NCBI GenBank assembly: GCA_050248855.1
Contig: JBFWRP010000013.1
Coordinates: forward strand, 1 to 64,000
DNA length: 64,000 bases
From: Planctomycetota bacterium
GTDB taxonomy: Bacteria > Planctomycetota > PLA2 > JAEUHO01
Direction of reading: 5' to 3'
Of the stretch, positions 39,402-48,030 are shown in pieces (within the stretch, counting starts at the first letter, position 1; each line of letters opens with the position of its first letter). The translations under genes and the position numbers were made by a program. The notes beneath the pieces were generated by a model, which had not been told where the DNA came from, searched no databases, and saw only the letters and a list, made by a program, of their open reading frames with translations.

Positions 39402-40535
39402 TCAGGCCTCGAGGACGGGGCCGCGGTCGATCAGCGAGCGGACCTGGGTGGCCAGGTCGCCACCGCCGAACACGAAGGCCGCGCGAGTACCGGCCAGGAT
39501 CTCCTGGAGGGCCTCGAGCTCCTTGATGCGGGCGAGCATCGGGTTGTCGGCCAGCAGCTTGGCGGTGTGCGCCTGGCTACGAGCCGCCGCCGTCTCCTCG
39601 CGCCGCTTGATGACGTTGGCCTCGGCCTGCTTCTGCGCCGTGATGACCTGGTTGAGGATCGTCTTCATGTCACCCGGCAGGATCAGGTCCCGCAGGCCGA
39701 CACCGAGAACCTCGACACCGAAGGCCTTCGCACGCTCGGCAATCGCCTCGCGGACTTCCTGGCCCACGGTCTCCTTGTCCACCAACAGCGCATCCAGCGT
39801 GCGCGCACCCACCGCCGCGCGCAGCGCAAGCTGCGCCTCGCGGTAGAGCGCCTGGCTCGAGTCGCTCACGACCGTCACGGCCGCCAGCGCGTCCACGACA
39901 CGCGACGTCACGACGAGGTTGACGCGTAGCGTCACCTTGTCCCGGGTCATGATCTCCTGACCCGCCACGTCGGCCGTCTGTTCGCGCAGGTCCACCACGC
40001 GCGCGGTCGTCTTCGGACCGGCGAGCCAGTAGATGTAGCGACCCTCGCGGAAGCGTGCGAGGGGAGCCCCCTCGCGGAAGAGGATCACCTCTTCCTGGGA
40101 ACCCGCCTCCGTGCCCGCCAGGAACTTCGACGCGCCCGGGAAGCCGACGATCACGTCGAGCTTCTCGTGTTCGAGGCGCGCCCCGTTGCCGATGGCGAAC
40201 ACCTCGAAATCGAGCGCGTAGGGCTCACGCCAGAAGGCGTGACGCCCGGCCCCCAGGATCCCGTCGAGCCGCCCGTCCTTCCAGACGAGCGCACGCTGGT
40301 CGTCGCGGAGGTCCACGACATGGAGCTCCCGGGCGAGGTCGGGTGCGCGAACGAGGATGTCGAGCAGCGGGTGGCGGAACGCGCTCTCGAGCGTGTTCGC
40401 GAGCTCCGTGCGAATGCCCCGCAGGTTGGCGAACAGGGGAGTGCGGTAGCTGCCCGGATCCAGGAGGCGCACGAAGTCGCCCCGCTGGAACCGCAGCCCG
40501 CGCTGATGACGCTGGATGTGGATGCGACGGAACAT
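39402..40535 (-). CDS. SPFH/Band-7 (slipin family) protein
   Basis: RBS AAGGAGG; VDLREQ, GQEIMTRDKVTLRVN, LRDLILPG, KRREETAAARS, KELE. Confidence 0.88.
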   Translation of the reverse strand: MFRRIHIQRHQRGLRFQRGDFVRLLDPGSYRTPLFANLRGIRTELANTLESAFRHPLLDILVRAPDLARELHVVDLRDDQRALVWKDGRLDGILGAGRHAFWREPYALDFEVFAIGNGARLEHEKLDVIVGFPGASKFLAGTEAGSQEEVILFREGAPLARFREGRYIYWLAGPKTTARVVDLREQTADVAGQEIMTRDKVTLRVNLVVTSRVVDALAAVTVVSDSSQALYREAQLALRAAVGARTLDALLVDKETVGQEVREAIAERAKAFGVEVLGVGLRDLILPGDMKTILNQVITAQKQAEANVIKRREETAAARSQAHTAKLLADNPMLARIKELEALQEILAGTRAAFVFGGGDLATQVRSLIDRGPVLEA

Positions 40536-40600
40536 GGCTGTTCCTCCTTGGAGAACGTGAACCACCCGCCGGCCGACGCGGCCGACGGGAAAGGGAAGGT

Positions 40601-40862
40601 GCGGACCGGGGCTTGGGGGGCTCCCCGTTCCCCGCGGCGAGCTCGTCGGCCGGGTGTCGTGTGCACCGACCTGCGCGACGTGCCGCATGCCGGACGTCAT
40701 CTCGGGGGATGACGCTGGGCAATCAGCAGGTCGCACGTGGATGCACGCGAGATCCCGGCCGAGGGAGTCGTCGCGGTGTCGCCGTCGGAGCCGTCACCGA
40801 CGCTCACGCGCGGGCAGCACGGCTTCGGAAGCAACGGGTCAGGGGACCAAGCCCCGATCCGC
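40601..40862 (-). ncRNA. 262-nt highly structured RNA of unknown family
   Basis: 16-bp closing helix GCGGAUCGGGGCUUGG / CCAAGCCCCGGUCCGC plus nested helices (CCCGUU/AACGGG, UCGGCCGGG/CCCGGCCGA, CGACCUGC/GCAGGUCG, CGUCAUC/GAUGACG). Confidence 0.55.
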
Positions 40863-40899
40863 GAGGCGCGGGCTCCCCGGGCCCGCAGGTTGGTGGGGA

Positions 40900-40970
40900 A
40901 GGAGTGATGGGAGTCGAACCCATGACACCCAGGTCTACAGCCTGGTGCTCTACCTCTGAGCTACACGTAG
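40900..40970 (-). ncRNA. tRNA-like RNA 1 (GUA anticodon, short variable loop, broken acceptor stem)
   Basis: D arm GCUC-AGAGGUA-GAGC, anticodon arm CCAGG-CUGUAGA-CCUGG, T arm AUGGG-UUCGACU-CCCAU; only 3 acceptor pairs. Confidence 0.7.
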
Positions 40971-41038
40971 GGCCACACGGCGGAGTCGAACCGCCACCCC
41001 CGGCTGGACGCCGGTGCTCACCGCGAGCTCGAGTGGCC
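40971..41038 (-). ncRNA. tRNA-like RNA 2 (shrunken D and anticodon loops)
   Basis: Acceptor GGCCAC/GUGGCC, D arm GCUC-GCGGU-GAGC, CCGGC-GUCCA-GCCGG, T arm GGCGG-UUCGACU-CCGCC. Confidence 0.7.
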
Positions 41039-41253
41039 TGGTGGCATTCACGCAGGTGGCAAGTCCGCCTCGGTACGCCCCGCTCCGACCGGAGGCCGGG
41101 GAGCGGGCACGCCAGCGGCCCACGTGAAAGTCCTTGTGGGTGGTGGGGCCCAAGCGAAACGCAGGCCTCCAGGGCCTTGGCCCGAGGCCAAAGAGCCAGG
41201 ACCCCGAGGGCATCACCCCCCGGGGCCTGCGTCGTCCCTCATGGGGGAAACGC

Positions 41254-41379
41254 CTAGGCGGGAGCGAGGCCTTGGCCCGCGCGATGCTCGGCCGCGCGCG
41301 TACCTCGACCGAGGACGTGGCACGGATTGCCGTCACGCATGCTGCGTTGTTTGCTCGTCATGTCCGTGCGTCCGCTCAT
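41254..41379 (-). CDS. Putative 41-aa leader peptide (MSGRTDMTSKQRSMRDGNPCHVLG…)
   Basis: Strong RBS GAGGAGGAG 5 nt before ATG; lies between the promoter and the RNA cassette. Confidence 0.45.
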   Translation of the reverse strand: MSGRTDMTSKQRSMRDGNPCHVLGRGTRAAEHRAGQGLAPA

Positions 41380-41441
41380 GGCGGCTCCTCCTCGCTGCTT
41401 TCGCCCCTCTACGCCCTGTGCGCAGTAGCCGAGGCGAGATG

Positions 41442-41467
41442 GACGCGAGAACCCCGGCCTGGGTTCA
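41442..41467 (-). promoter_or_regulatory. ECF-sigma-type promoter TGAACC-N16-CGTC
   Basis: Matches the GAAC / CGTC ECF pattern; preceded by a T-tract. Confidence 0.45.
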
Positions 41468-41496
41468 CCCAAAAAATCGGAAGGTGCCGGGCCCGG

Positions 41497-43836
41497 CTAC
41501 TCGTCTTCGCGGAGCAACACGTCGAGCTCCCTGGCATCCGCCGAGAAGGTCGTCTCCGCGGTCCAGCTTCTCGCGTCATCGCCAGCCGTCACCCACAGGT
41601 CGAAGTTCCCGGGTGGGACGCCGCGAATCGCGAACACATCGGATCCCTCCGCGCGTTCGACGGTCAGCAGACCAAGGAAGGTGTTGTCCGGTCCCATGCG
41701 CCGGAACGTCCGCGGCGAGAAGGCGTACATGTAGACCGCGGCAGGCACGGGATCAGCGTTGGCGAGACGCAAGCGACCCGTGATGCGCTGTCCCTGGCCC
41801 ACGGGCAGCACGAGCCGCTCCTCCTCCACGCGGACCTTCCGTGCGTACACGTACCGGTCCTCACCGAGATCGGCCGACCAGAAGTCGAGGATGCTCCCGG
41901 AGCGGACCCCCCGCAGCGTTCCCGTGCCAGCGGCGTCCAGATGGACATGCGGTGTACTGCATGCACCTTCCACCACGGAAACCAGGAGCAGCGAACCGCG
42001 GTCCTCGTCGTGCCACGGATCCAGCGCGACCTGCACCTCGACATCTCGCGCGATGCGCAGCACGACGTCCTGAGCGCCGGACGCCGTGGTCTCCTGTGCG
42101 TTCCCCGTGGACAACACGAGGCTGCGATCCACGGGCGTTCGCAGGGCGAAGCGTCCACGGGCATCCGCCCTCGTGCTCGGTGCGCTCCAGACCCACCCCT
42201 CGCCTCTCCACACTGGCAGGCACCACGCGCCGAGCTGATCCGTCTCGAGCCGAGCGTGGACTTCGGCGCCCTCGACCGGCCCGTCGTCCGCGTCAACGAC
42301 CCGGCCCCGCGTCCACGTCGAGCGCAGCAGCCGTAGTTCCGGAGGGCGCTCGGAGTACCACGAGTCGACAAAGCGCGGGAGGAGGTCCTCGTCTCCTTCT
42401 GCTGGCTCGACCGCCAGCGGGGGACCGGGACGCTCGGCATCCATGTGGAGATCGACGAACCCGTCGGCGTCGCTCGTCGCCGAGGCATACGGCGCCGATC
42501 CGTCTTCCCGCGGAAACACCACGACGCGCGCCCCTACGACGGGGCGACCGTCCGGGCCCACGACGCGAGCCCGCTGCAGGGGCGCCTCGGTGAGCACGAT
42601 CTCGACGGGCGCAGACGCGCGACCCACCTCGACGAACGAGGGAGCAATCCACGGCGCGCGCACGCGCGCGCGGACGCGATACGTGTCCTCACCAAGGTCA
42701 CCGAGCTCGAAACGTCCCTCGTCGTCCGTGATCGCCACCCCCGCGGGCCCCTCACCGCGCTCGGCGAACCGACTCGCCGCATGGACCGCGATGCCCTCCA
42801 CGCCGCGTCCTTTGGCATCCACGACCCTGCCCGCGATCGACCAGTCCCGCCGCAACGTGCCTTGGACGACGGGCGGCTCGGACATGCGAAGAACCGTGTG
42901 TCCCCAGCGACCTCCAAGGTCGGGATCCACGTGGACGCGCACGGACCCGGGGACGGGCAGCGCCGTCAGCAGCGTCCCCTCACCAGCGTTGACGGGCACG
43001 AAGTGCCCCTGCGAGCTCCCTTCGACCGTAGAGAGCTCCACCCGCACGGTCGTTGTCACGGGGAGCCCGTCCTCATGATCCAGACGCACGAGCAGCGGGA
43101 CGACGTCACCGGGCCGCGCCGCGTCCATGACGAGTTCGATGTTCTCTGTCCCGGCCTGCACAACCACGCGCGCACTCGTCCAGCCGCCAGCGGCCATCGC
43201 CCCTGCGAACAAGGTCACGGGACCGGGCTCCAAGGGTGCGAACACGAAGCTCCCGTCCGCCCCCGGTACCTCGTTCTTGGGGAGGAACCCCTTCTGCTCC
43301 AATCGGAGCATCACGGACGTCGGCGTGGTGCCGTCCCTGTTGCGCACGCGCCCCGTCACGCGAAGTCCGCGATCGAAGCTCAGCACGGCCGTCCGTCGGC
43401 CTCGCGCATCCGGTCTCGTTTCCACGTCTTCGGCCAGGAGGTAGCCACGCACGAAACCGCCGACGCGCAGCACGCCCTCGGGGTACGAGCCCAGCTCGAT
43501 ACGCCCTGCGGCATCCGTCGTTGCCTTCACGCCCTCGAGATCGCGACCCCGAGCCGGATCGCGAACCCAGATCGAAGCCTCGACGCCCGCGAGCGGTCGC
43601 TCGTCGCTCGCGGCGACGAGGACGACGCCGAGGTTGCTGTCGCCCGGCGCATGCCTCGCCGCGCCGCTGCCGGACAGCGTGGGGCCCGAACGCGACATGT
43701 CCTCCGGTGCGTCGGCCACCGTCCCGGGTTCGTGGGACGCACCGTCGCGGCCGCGATCTGCCTCTCCCCACACCCACAGCACGGCCGCCGCGGCACCGAC
43801 CAGGGCGACCAGGAGGAGGCGTCGCGCACGCGGCAA
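41497..43836 (-). CDS. Membrane-anchored carboxypeptidase-regulatory-like (Cna-B-type) repeat protein
   Basis: N-terminal TM; repeated GRVVD..G.PV.GA.V…TD..GRF units; start uncertain. Confidence 0.7.
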   Translation of the reverse strand: MPRARRLLLVALVGAAAAVLWVWGEADRGRDGASHEPGTVADAPEDMSRSGPTLSGSGAARHAPGDSNLGVVLVAASDERPLAGVEASIWVRDPARGRDLEGVKATTDAAGRIELGSYPEGVLRVGGFVRGYLLAEDVETRPDARGRRTAVLSFDRGLRVTGRVRNRDGTTPTSVMLRLEQKGFLPKNEVPGADGSFVFAPLEPGPVTLFAGAMAAGGWTSARVVVQAGTENIELVMDAARPGDVVPLLVRLDHEDGLPVTTTVRVELSTVEGSSQGHFVPVNAGEGTLLTALPVPGSVRVHVDPDLGGRWGHTVLRMSEPPVVQGTLRRDWSIAGRVVDAKGRGVEGIAVHAASRFAERGEGPAGVAITDDEGRFELGDLGEDTYRVRARVRAPWIAPSFVEVGRASAPVEIVLTEAPLQRARVVGPDGRPVVGARVVVFPREDGSAPYASATSDADGFVDLHMDAERPGPPLAVEPAEGDEDLLPRFVDSWYSERPPELRLLRSTWTRGRVVDADDGPVEGAEVHARLETDQLGAWCLPVWRGEGWVWSAPSTRADARGRFALRTPVDRSLVLSTGNAQETTASGAQDVVLRIARDVEVQVALDPWHDEDRGSLLLVSVVEGACSTPHVHLDAAGTGTLRGVRSGSILDFWSADLGEDRYVYARKVRVEEERLVLPVGQGQRITGRLRLANADPVPAAVYMYAFSPRTFRRMGPDNTFLGLLTVERAEGSDVFAIRGVPPGNFDLWVTAGDDARSWTAETTFSADARELDVLLREDE

Positions 43837-43860
43837 GCGTTGGCTCCATGGGGCACGTGG

Positions 43861-45150
43861 TCAGGTCGGGGAGCCCGGACCCGCGCCCGTTGTACGGCGC
43901 GCCCGGCGGAGGTGGCGCCCTACCGGTCGGAGAACAGGACCAGGACCACGTTCTCCGCGGGCACGGCCACGGTCACCATCGACCCTGGCTCGAGCGGCTC
44001 CTGGCATGCCCGGGACGCGGAATGCACCCGCAGCATCCGTCGCCGCACGCAGGACGCGATCCGGGTAGGTCGGAAGCGTGATCTCGACCAAGGCTCCTTG
44101 CAAGGAGAGCCCGCCGGCGACGGGACGGCCTTCCACATCGAGTACGCGTCCCCACACGCTGCAAGTGGGATCCAGGGCCATCTCGACCTGCTCGCGATCG
44201 GGGGGGAGATCGATCCAGCCGACGGCACGACCCTCCGCGCGACAACCGAGACGAGTGCGAGGGCCATGCAGCGGCACGACGACCGTGCCGTCGTCGCCGC
44301 CCACCAGGCGCTCGAGGGCGACCACGACCCCATCGGGGGAGGAGCTGACGGCGATGGCCTCGACACCCGGCACACGCTCGCCCGTGACTCCATCCACGAC
44401 CTGCACGCGTCGCGTAGCCGGGCTCCCGATCACGACGCCGAGGGGATCGGCGCGGGGAACACTCACGTCCTGGAGGAAGCGAACGAGGCCACCCGCACGA
44501 ACGCGGACCTGGTAGGCGCCGGGCACGAGGTCGTTGAACCGACCACGGCCTTGATCGTCGAGGGCGAGCGTCTGGGCTTGCTCGGGCCACGGGGAGAGCT
44601 TGCCGCGATGGGCGGCCCACATCGGGATGCATGCGCCCGAGGCGGCCCGGGGTTGTCCGGCCGCATCGGTGACGAGCACCTCGAGCGACTCGCCTCCGGG
44701 GGGGAGGTGGACATCGCAGCGGGCCCGCTGCCCCGCTGCTTGGACGTGGACGAAGGTGCTCCCCACGGCCCCCGACCGGGGCCGGGCGCGGACTTCGTAG
44801 AGCCCAGGAGGTAGCCCTTCGAAGCGGTAGCTGCTCGCGTTCGCCTCGAGCTGGCGTACGTCCCGTGCGACACCGCCTCCAGACTGTGCAGGGAACCAGC
44901 TGGGCATCTGGTCGAACGCGAACGCATTCCCGCGAGCCGCGAGGAAGCCCAACCAGCCGTGCTCGAGATGGGCTCCCTCATGCTGGATCAGCTCGACCGT
45001 CGCGGTGGAGCCAGGGCGGAGACTTCGCACCGTGCCCTCGATGCGCGAGCCAGGAGGCACCGGCTCCTCGGCCTGCACCTTGCGAGGGCAGGTCACGCCA
45101 TCGATCACGAGAACGGCGAGCAAGCCCACGAGGACGCGCAACTGGACCAC
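43861..45150 (-). CDS. Exported carboxypeptidase-regulatory-like repeat protein (3' end possibly frameshifted)
   Basis: RBS GGGAGG-GTG 45150; FEGLPPGLYEVRA, FNDLVPGAYQVRV, TDAAGAFRV. Confidence 0.6.
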   Translation of the reverse strand: MVQLRVLVGLLAVLVIDGVTCPRKVQAEEPVPPGSRIEGTVRSLRPGSTATVELIQHEGAHLEHGWLGFLAARGNAFAFDQMPSWFPAQSGGGVARDVRQLEANASSYRFEGLPPGLYEVRARPRSGAVGSTFVHVQAAGQRARCDVHLPPGGESLEVLVTDAAGQPRAASGACIPMWAAHRGKLSPWPEQAQTLALDDQGRGRFNDLVPGAYQVRVRAGGLVRFLQDVSVPRADPLGVVIGSPATRRVQVVDGVTGERVPGVEAIAVSSSPDGVVVALERLVGGDDGTVVVPLHGPRTRLGCRAEGRAVGWIDLPPDREQVEMALDPTCSVWGRVLDVEGRPVAGGLSLQGALVEITLPTYPDRVLRAATDAAGAFRVPGMPGAARARVDGDRGRARGERGPGPVLRPVGRHLRRARRTTGAGPGSPT

Positions 45151-45227
45151 GACGAGGCCTCCCGAAGCCGCGTGTAGCGAGTGGTTCGGGTTTGGCTCCC
45201 CCGATCGCCCGGCGCCATGATGGCACG

Positions 45228-46280
45228 GTGCAAGCGACAGAGGCCCGCCCACCGCTCTTCCAACGCTTGCTCGCCGCGGGCGCACGCGTGTTGGCCCGCA
45301 TCGCCTTCGTCGTGGCTTGGCTCTGGTTGATCGGAGCCGCTTGGTTCAGCGAGGTGGGGCCGGGCTTCCTGCCTGCCTTCCTGGCGACGACCGTGGGCGT
45401 CGGGTTCCCGCTGGCTTGGTACCGCCGCCGGGGGGCGCGTCGTCGCACGGCGCTCGTCTTCGTGGCCGCGTTCCTGGTTGCCGTCGGCCTCTGGACCCTC
45501 AAGCAGCCCAAGGTGCAAGCCCAGTGGGTGCCGGAGCTCGCCCGGCTGCCGGCCATCTCCCTGGATGGCGACAACCTGACCATCGACGGCCTGCGTGACT
45601 GCGCCTACCGGACGGAAGAGGATTTCGACCTGCGCTACCGCATCGAGTCCTACGACCTGGGCGAGCTCGAGACCCTGGATCTGCTCGTCGAGCGCTTCCA
45701 CGCCTGGGACGCCCTGGCCCACACGCTCCTCTCGTTCGGCTTCGCCGACGGGCGGCACGTGGTCGTCAGCGTGGAGGTGCGCCGCGAGGTCGGAGAGTCC
45801 TTCGACCCCGTGGCCGGGCTCTTCAAGCAGTTCGAGCTGACGTACGTACTGGGGACGGAGAGCGACCTGATCGGGCTGCGCACGAACCATCGCAAGTCCC
45901 GCGCGTGGCTCTATCCGATGCGCACGACGAAGGAGCGCATCCAGAGCCTGTTCCGCTCGATGCTGACACGCGCCCAGCACCTGCAGGCGTCGCCGGAGTT
46001 CTACAACACGCTCACGAGCACCTGCACCACGAACATCGTGGACCACGTGCTCGACCTCGTGCCCGACCGCTTCGACCCGGACTGGCGCGTGATCCTGCCG
46101 GGCCACTCGGCCACGCTCGCCTACGAGGCGGGACTGATCGACACCGACCGCTCGTTCGACGCGATGCAAGAGACCTTCCGCATCGACGAGATCGCACAGG
46201 CCGGGCCCGTGGACGCCGCCTTCTCGCAGCGCTTGCGGTCGGGCCGGCCGCCGCGTGCCCCGGGACCCGCGCCACGGTAG
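45228..46280 (+). CDS. DUF4105 (Lnb N-terminal-like) membrane protein
   Basis: Three TM helices; AHTLLSFGF, SVEVRRE, FYNTLTSTCTTN. Confidence 0.8.
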   Translation: MQATEARPPLFQRLLAAGARVLARIAFVVAWLWLIGAAWFSEVGPGFLPAFLATTVGVGFPLAWYRRRGARRRTALVFVAAFLVAVGLWTLKQPKVQAQWVPELARLPAISLDGDNLTIDGLRDCAYRTEEDFDLRYRIESYDLGELETLDLLVERFHAWDALAHTLLSFGFADGRHVVVSVEVRREVGESFDPVAGLFKQFELTYVLGTESDLIGLRTNHRKSRAWLYPMRTTKERIQSLFRSMLTRAQHLQASPEFYNTLTSTCTTNIVDHVLDLVPDRFDPDWRVILPGHSATLAYEAGLIDTDRSFDAMQETFRIDEIAQAGPVDAAFSQRLRSGRPPRAPGPAPR

Positions 46281-46307
46281 AACGCCGGCCCACGAGGAGA
46301 CGGCACC

Positions 46308-47258
46308 GTGAAGCACTTCGAGCTGGCCGGCGGCGGCATGATTCCCGGCTTGGGCCTGGGCACGTGGAAGTCGGCGCCCGGCGAAGTCGGGCCCGTCATC
46401 CGCGAGGCCATCCGCCTGGGCTACCGGCACATCGACTGCGCCCGCGCCTACGGCAACGAGAAGGAGATCGGTGAAGCCCTCGAGGGCGCGATCAAGGACG
46501 GCGACGTCACGCGCGACGAGCTCTTCATCACCTCCAAGCTCTGGAACGACAGCCATGCCCAGGAGGCCGTGCGCCCGGCGCTGGAGAAGACGCTCGGCGA
46601 CCTGCGCTTGGCCCATCTCGACCTCTACCTCATGCACTGGCCGGTCTCGCTCAAGCCCAAGGTCGGCTTCCCACGTTCTGCCGCTGACCTCATTGGCGAG
46701 GCCGATCTCCCGCTGACCGAGACGTGGGCCGCGATGGAGGCCTGCCACGACGCCGGGCTCTCGCGCCACCTGGGCGTCTCCAACTGCAACGCGCGCCGCA
46801 TCGACCTGCTGGTCGACGCGGCCCGCGTGCCCGTGGCCGTGAACCAGGTCGAGCTGCACCCCTACCTGGCCCAGGACGCGCTCCGGGCCCACGCCGCCAA
46901 GCGGGGCGTCCATCTCACGGCCTACTCGCCGCTGGGCTCGCCCGACCGACCGGACATCATGCGCCGCGCCGAGGACCCGGACCTGCTCGCCCACCCGACG
47001 GTTGCGAAGGTCGCGGCCAAGCACGGCGCGACACCCGCCCAGGTCCTGCTGGCCTGGGCGCTGGCCCGCGGCACGAGCGTGATCCCCAAGTCCACCCATC
47101 CGCGTCGATTGGCCGAGAACCTCGCGGCCGCCGACCTGACCCTGGACGCCGACGACATGGCGACGATCGCGGGCATGGACGCCGGCTACCGCTTCGTCGA
47201 GGGCACGTTCTGGTGTCCGCCGGGATCCCCCTACTCGGTCGCCGACCTCTGGGCCTGA
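46308..47258 (+). CDS. Aldo/keto reductase
   Basis: GLGTW, GYRHIDCA, TSKLW, YLMHWP, GVSN, VIPKS. Confidence 0.92.
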   Translation: MKHFELAGGGMIPGLGLGTWKSAPGEVGPVIREAIRLGYRHIDCARAYGNEKEIGEALEGAIKDGDVTRDELFITSKLWNDSHAQEAVRPALEKTLGDLRLAHLDLYLMHWPVSLKPKVGFPRSAADLIGEADLPLTETWAAMEACHDAGLSRHLGVSNCNARRIDLLVDAARVPVAVNQVELHPYLAQDALRAHAAKRGVHLTAYSPLGSPDRPDIMRRAEDPDLLAHPTVAKVAAKHGATPAQVLLAWALARGTSVIPKSTHPRRLAENLAAADLTLDADDMATIAGMDAGYRFVEGTFWCPPGSPYSVADLWA

Positions 47259-47376
47259 GGCGTCGCCGCCCGCGGGGTGAGCGCGCAGAAGCCCTGATTT
47301 CAGGGATTTGGAGGGAGGTGGGTCCTCTGTAAAGGATCGGGACCAAGGTCGCTACCTTTACGCGCGGGAGGGTTGC

Positions 47377-48003
47377 ATGTTCCGGAAGCTCCTGCCGCGC
47401 AAGGACATCTTCTTCACGTACATGGAGACGTCGGCGGCGATGGTCGTGCAGATCCTCGACGCCTATCGTGACCTCGTCATGGACCCGAACAACTCCAAGG
47501 AGCGGGTCGAGCGCGTGCGCCAGCTCGAGCACGAAGCCGACGAGCACCTGCACAAGGTGCTGCTCGACTTGGAGCGCACCTTCATCACGCCGCTCGACCG
47601 CAACGAGATCAGCACGATCAGCCGGCGCCTGGACGACATCATCGACTTGATCGAAGGAGCCGCGCAACGGCTCTACTACTACGAGCTCAGCGAAAGCCCG
47701 AAGCCGCTCACGGACTTGGTGGAGATCCTCACCGAGCTGGCAGGCATCGTCCAGAGGGCGATTGGGGGTTTGGCCAACCTGCGGCGTGCCGACGAGCTGC
47801 GCGGCTACCTCGTGCAGATCCATACGCTGGAGAACAAGGCCGACGGCATCCTGCGTCCAGCGATCGGCGAGCTCTTCCGCAAGTACACCGACGCCCGCGA
47901 CATCATCAAGTGGAAGGAGGTGTACGAGCACCTCGAAGAGGCCACGGACCGCTGCGAGGACGTGGCCGACCAGATCGAGAACATCCTCCTCGAGTACGCC
48001 TGA
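47377..48003 (+). CDS. DUF47 / PhoU-like phosphate transport regulator
   Basis: LEHEADE, TFITPLDR, LENKAD, LEEATDRCEDVAD; adjacent to PiT. Confidence 0.9.
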   Translation: MFRKLLPRKDIFFTYMETSAAMVVQILDAYRDLVMDPNNSKERVERVRQLEHEADEHLHKVLLDLERTFITPLDRNEISTISRRLDDIIDLIEGAAQRLYYYELSESPKPLTDLVEILTELAGIVQRAIGGLANLRRADELRGYLVQIHTLENKADGILRPAIGELFRKYTDARDIIKWKEVYEHLEEATDRCEDVADQIENILLEYA

Positions 48004-48030
48004 CCCGCCTCCGGTCCCGGGACAGAACCG

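Noticed and set aside
40900..40970. Functional tRNA-Tyr(GUA) gene
   Set aside because: Acceptor stem has only 3 pairs, the long variable arm is missing and there is no adjacent CCA; kept as tRNA-like only
43861..43863. Third Sec readthrough joining the two Cna-B-like ORFs (TGA is in frame with the next ORF)
   Set aside because: No redox motif or Cys-equivalent context, no NGUNN hairpin at +20, and the downstream ORF has its own N-terminal TM segment
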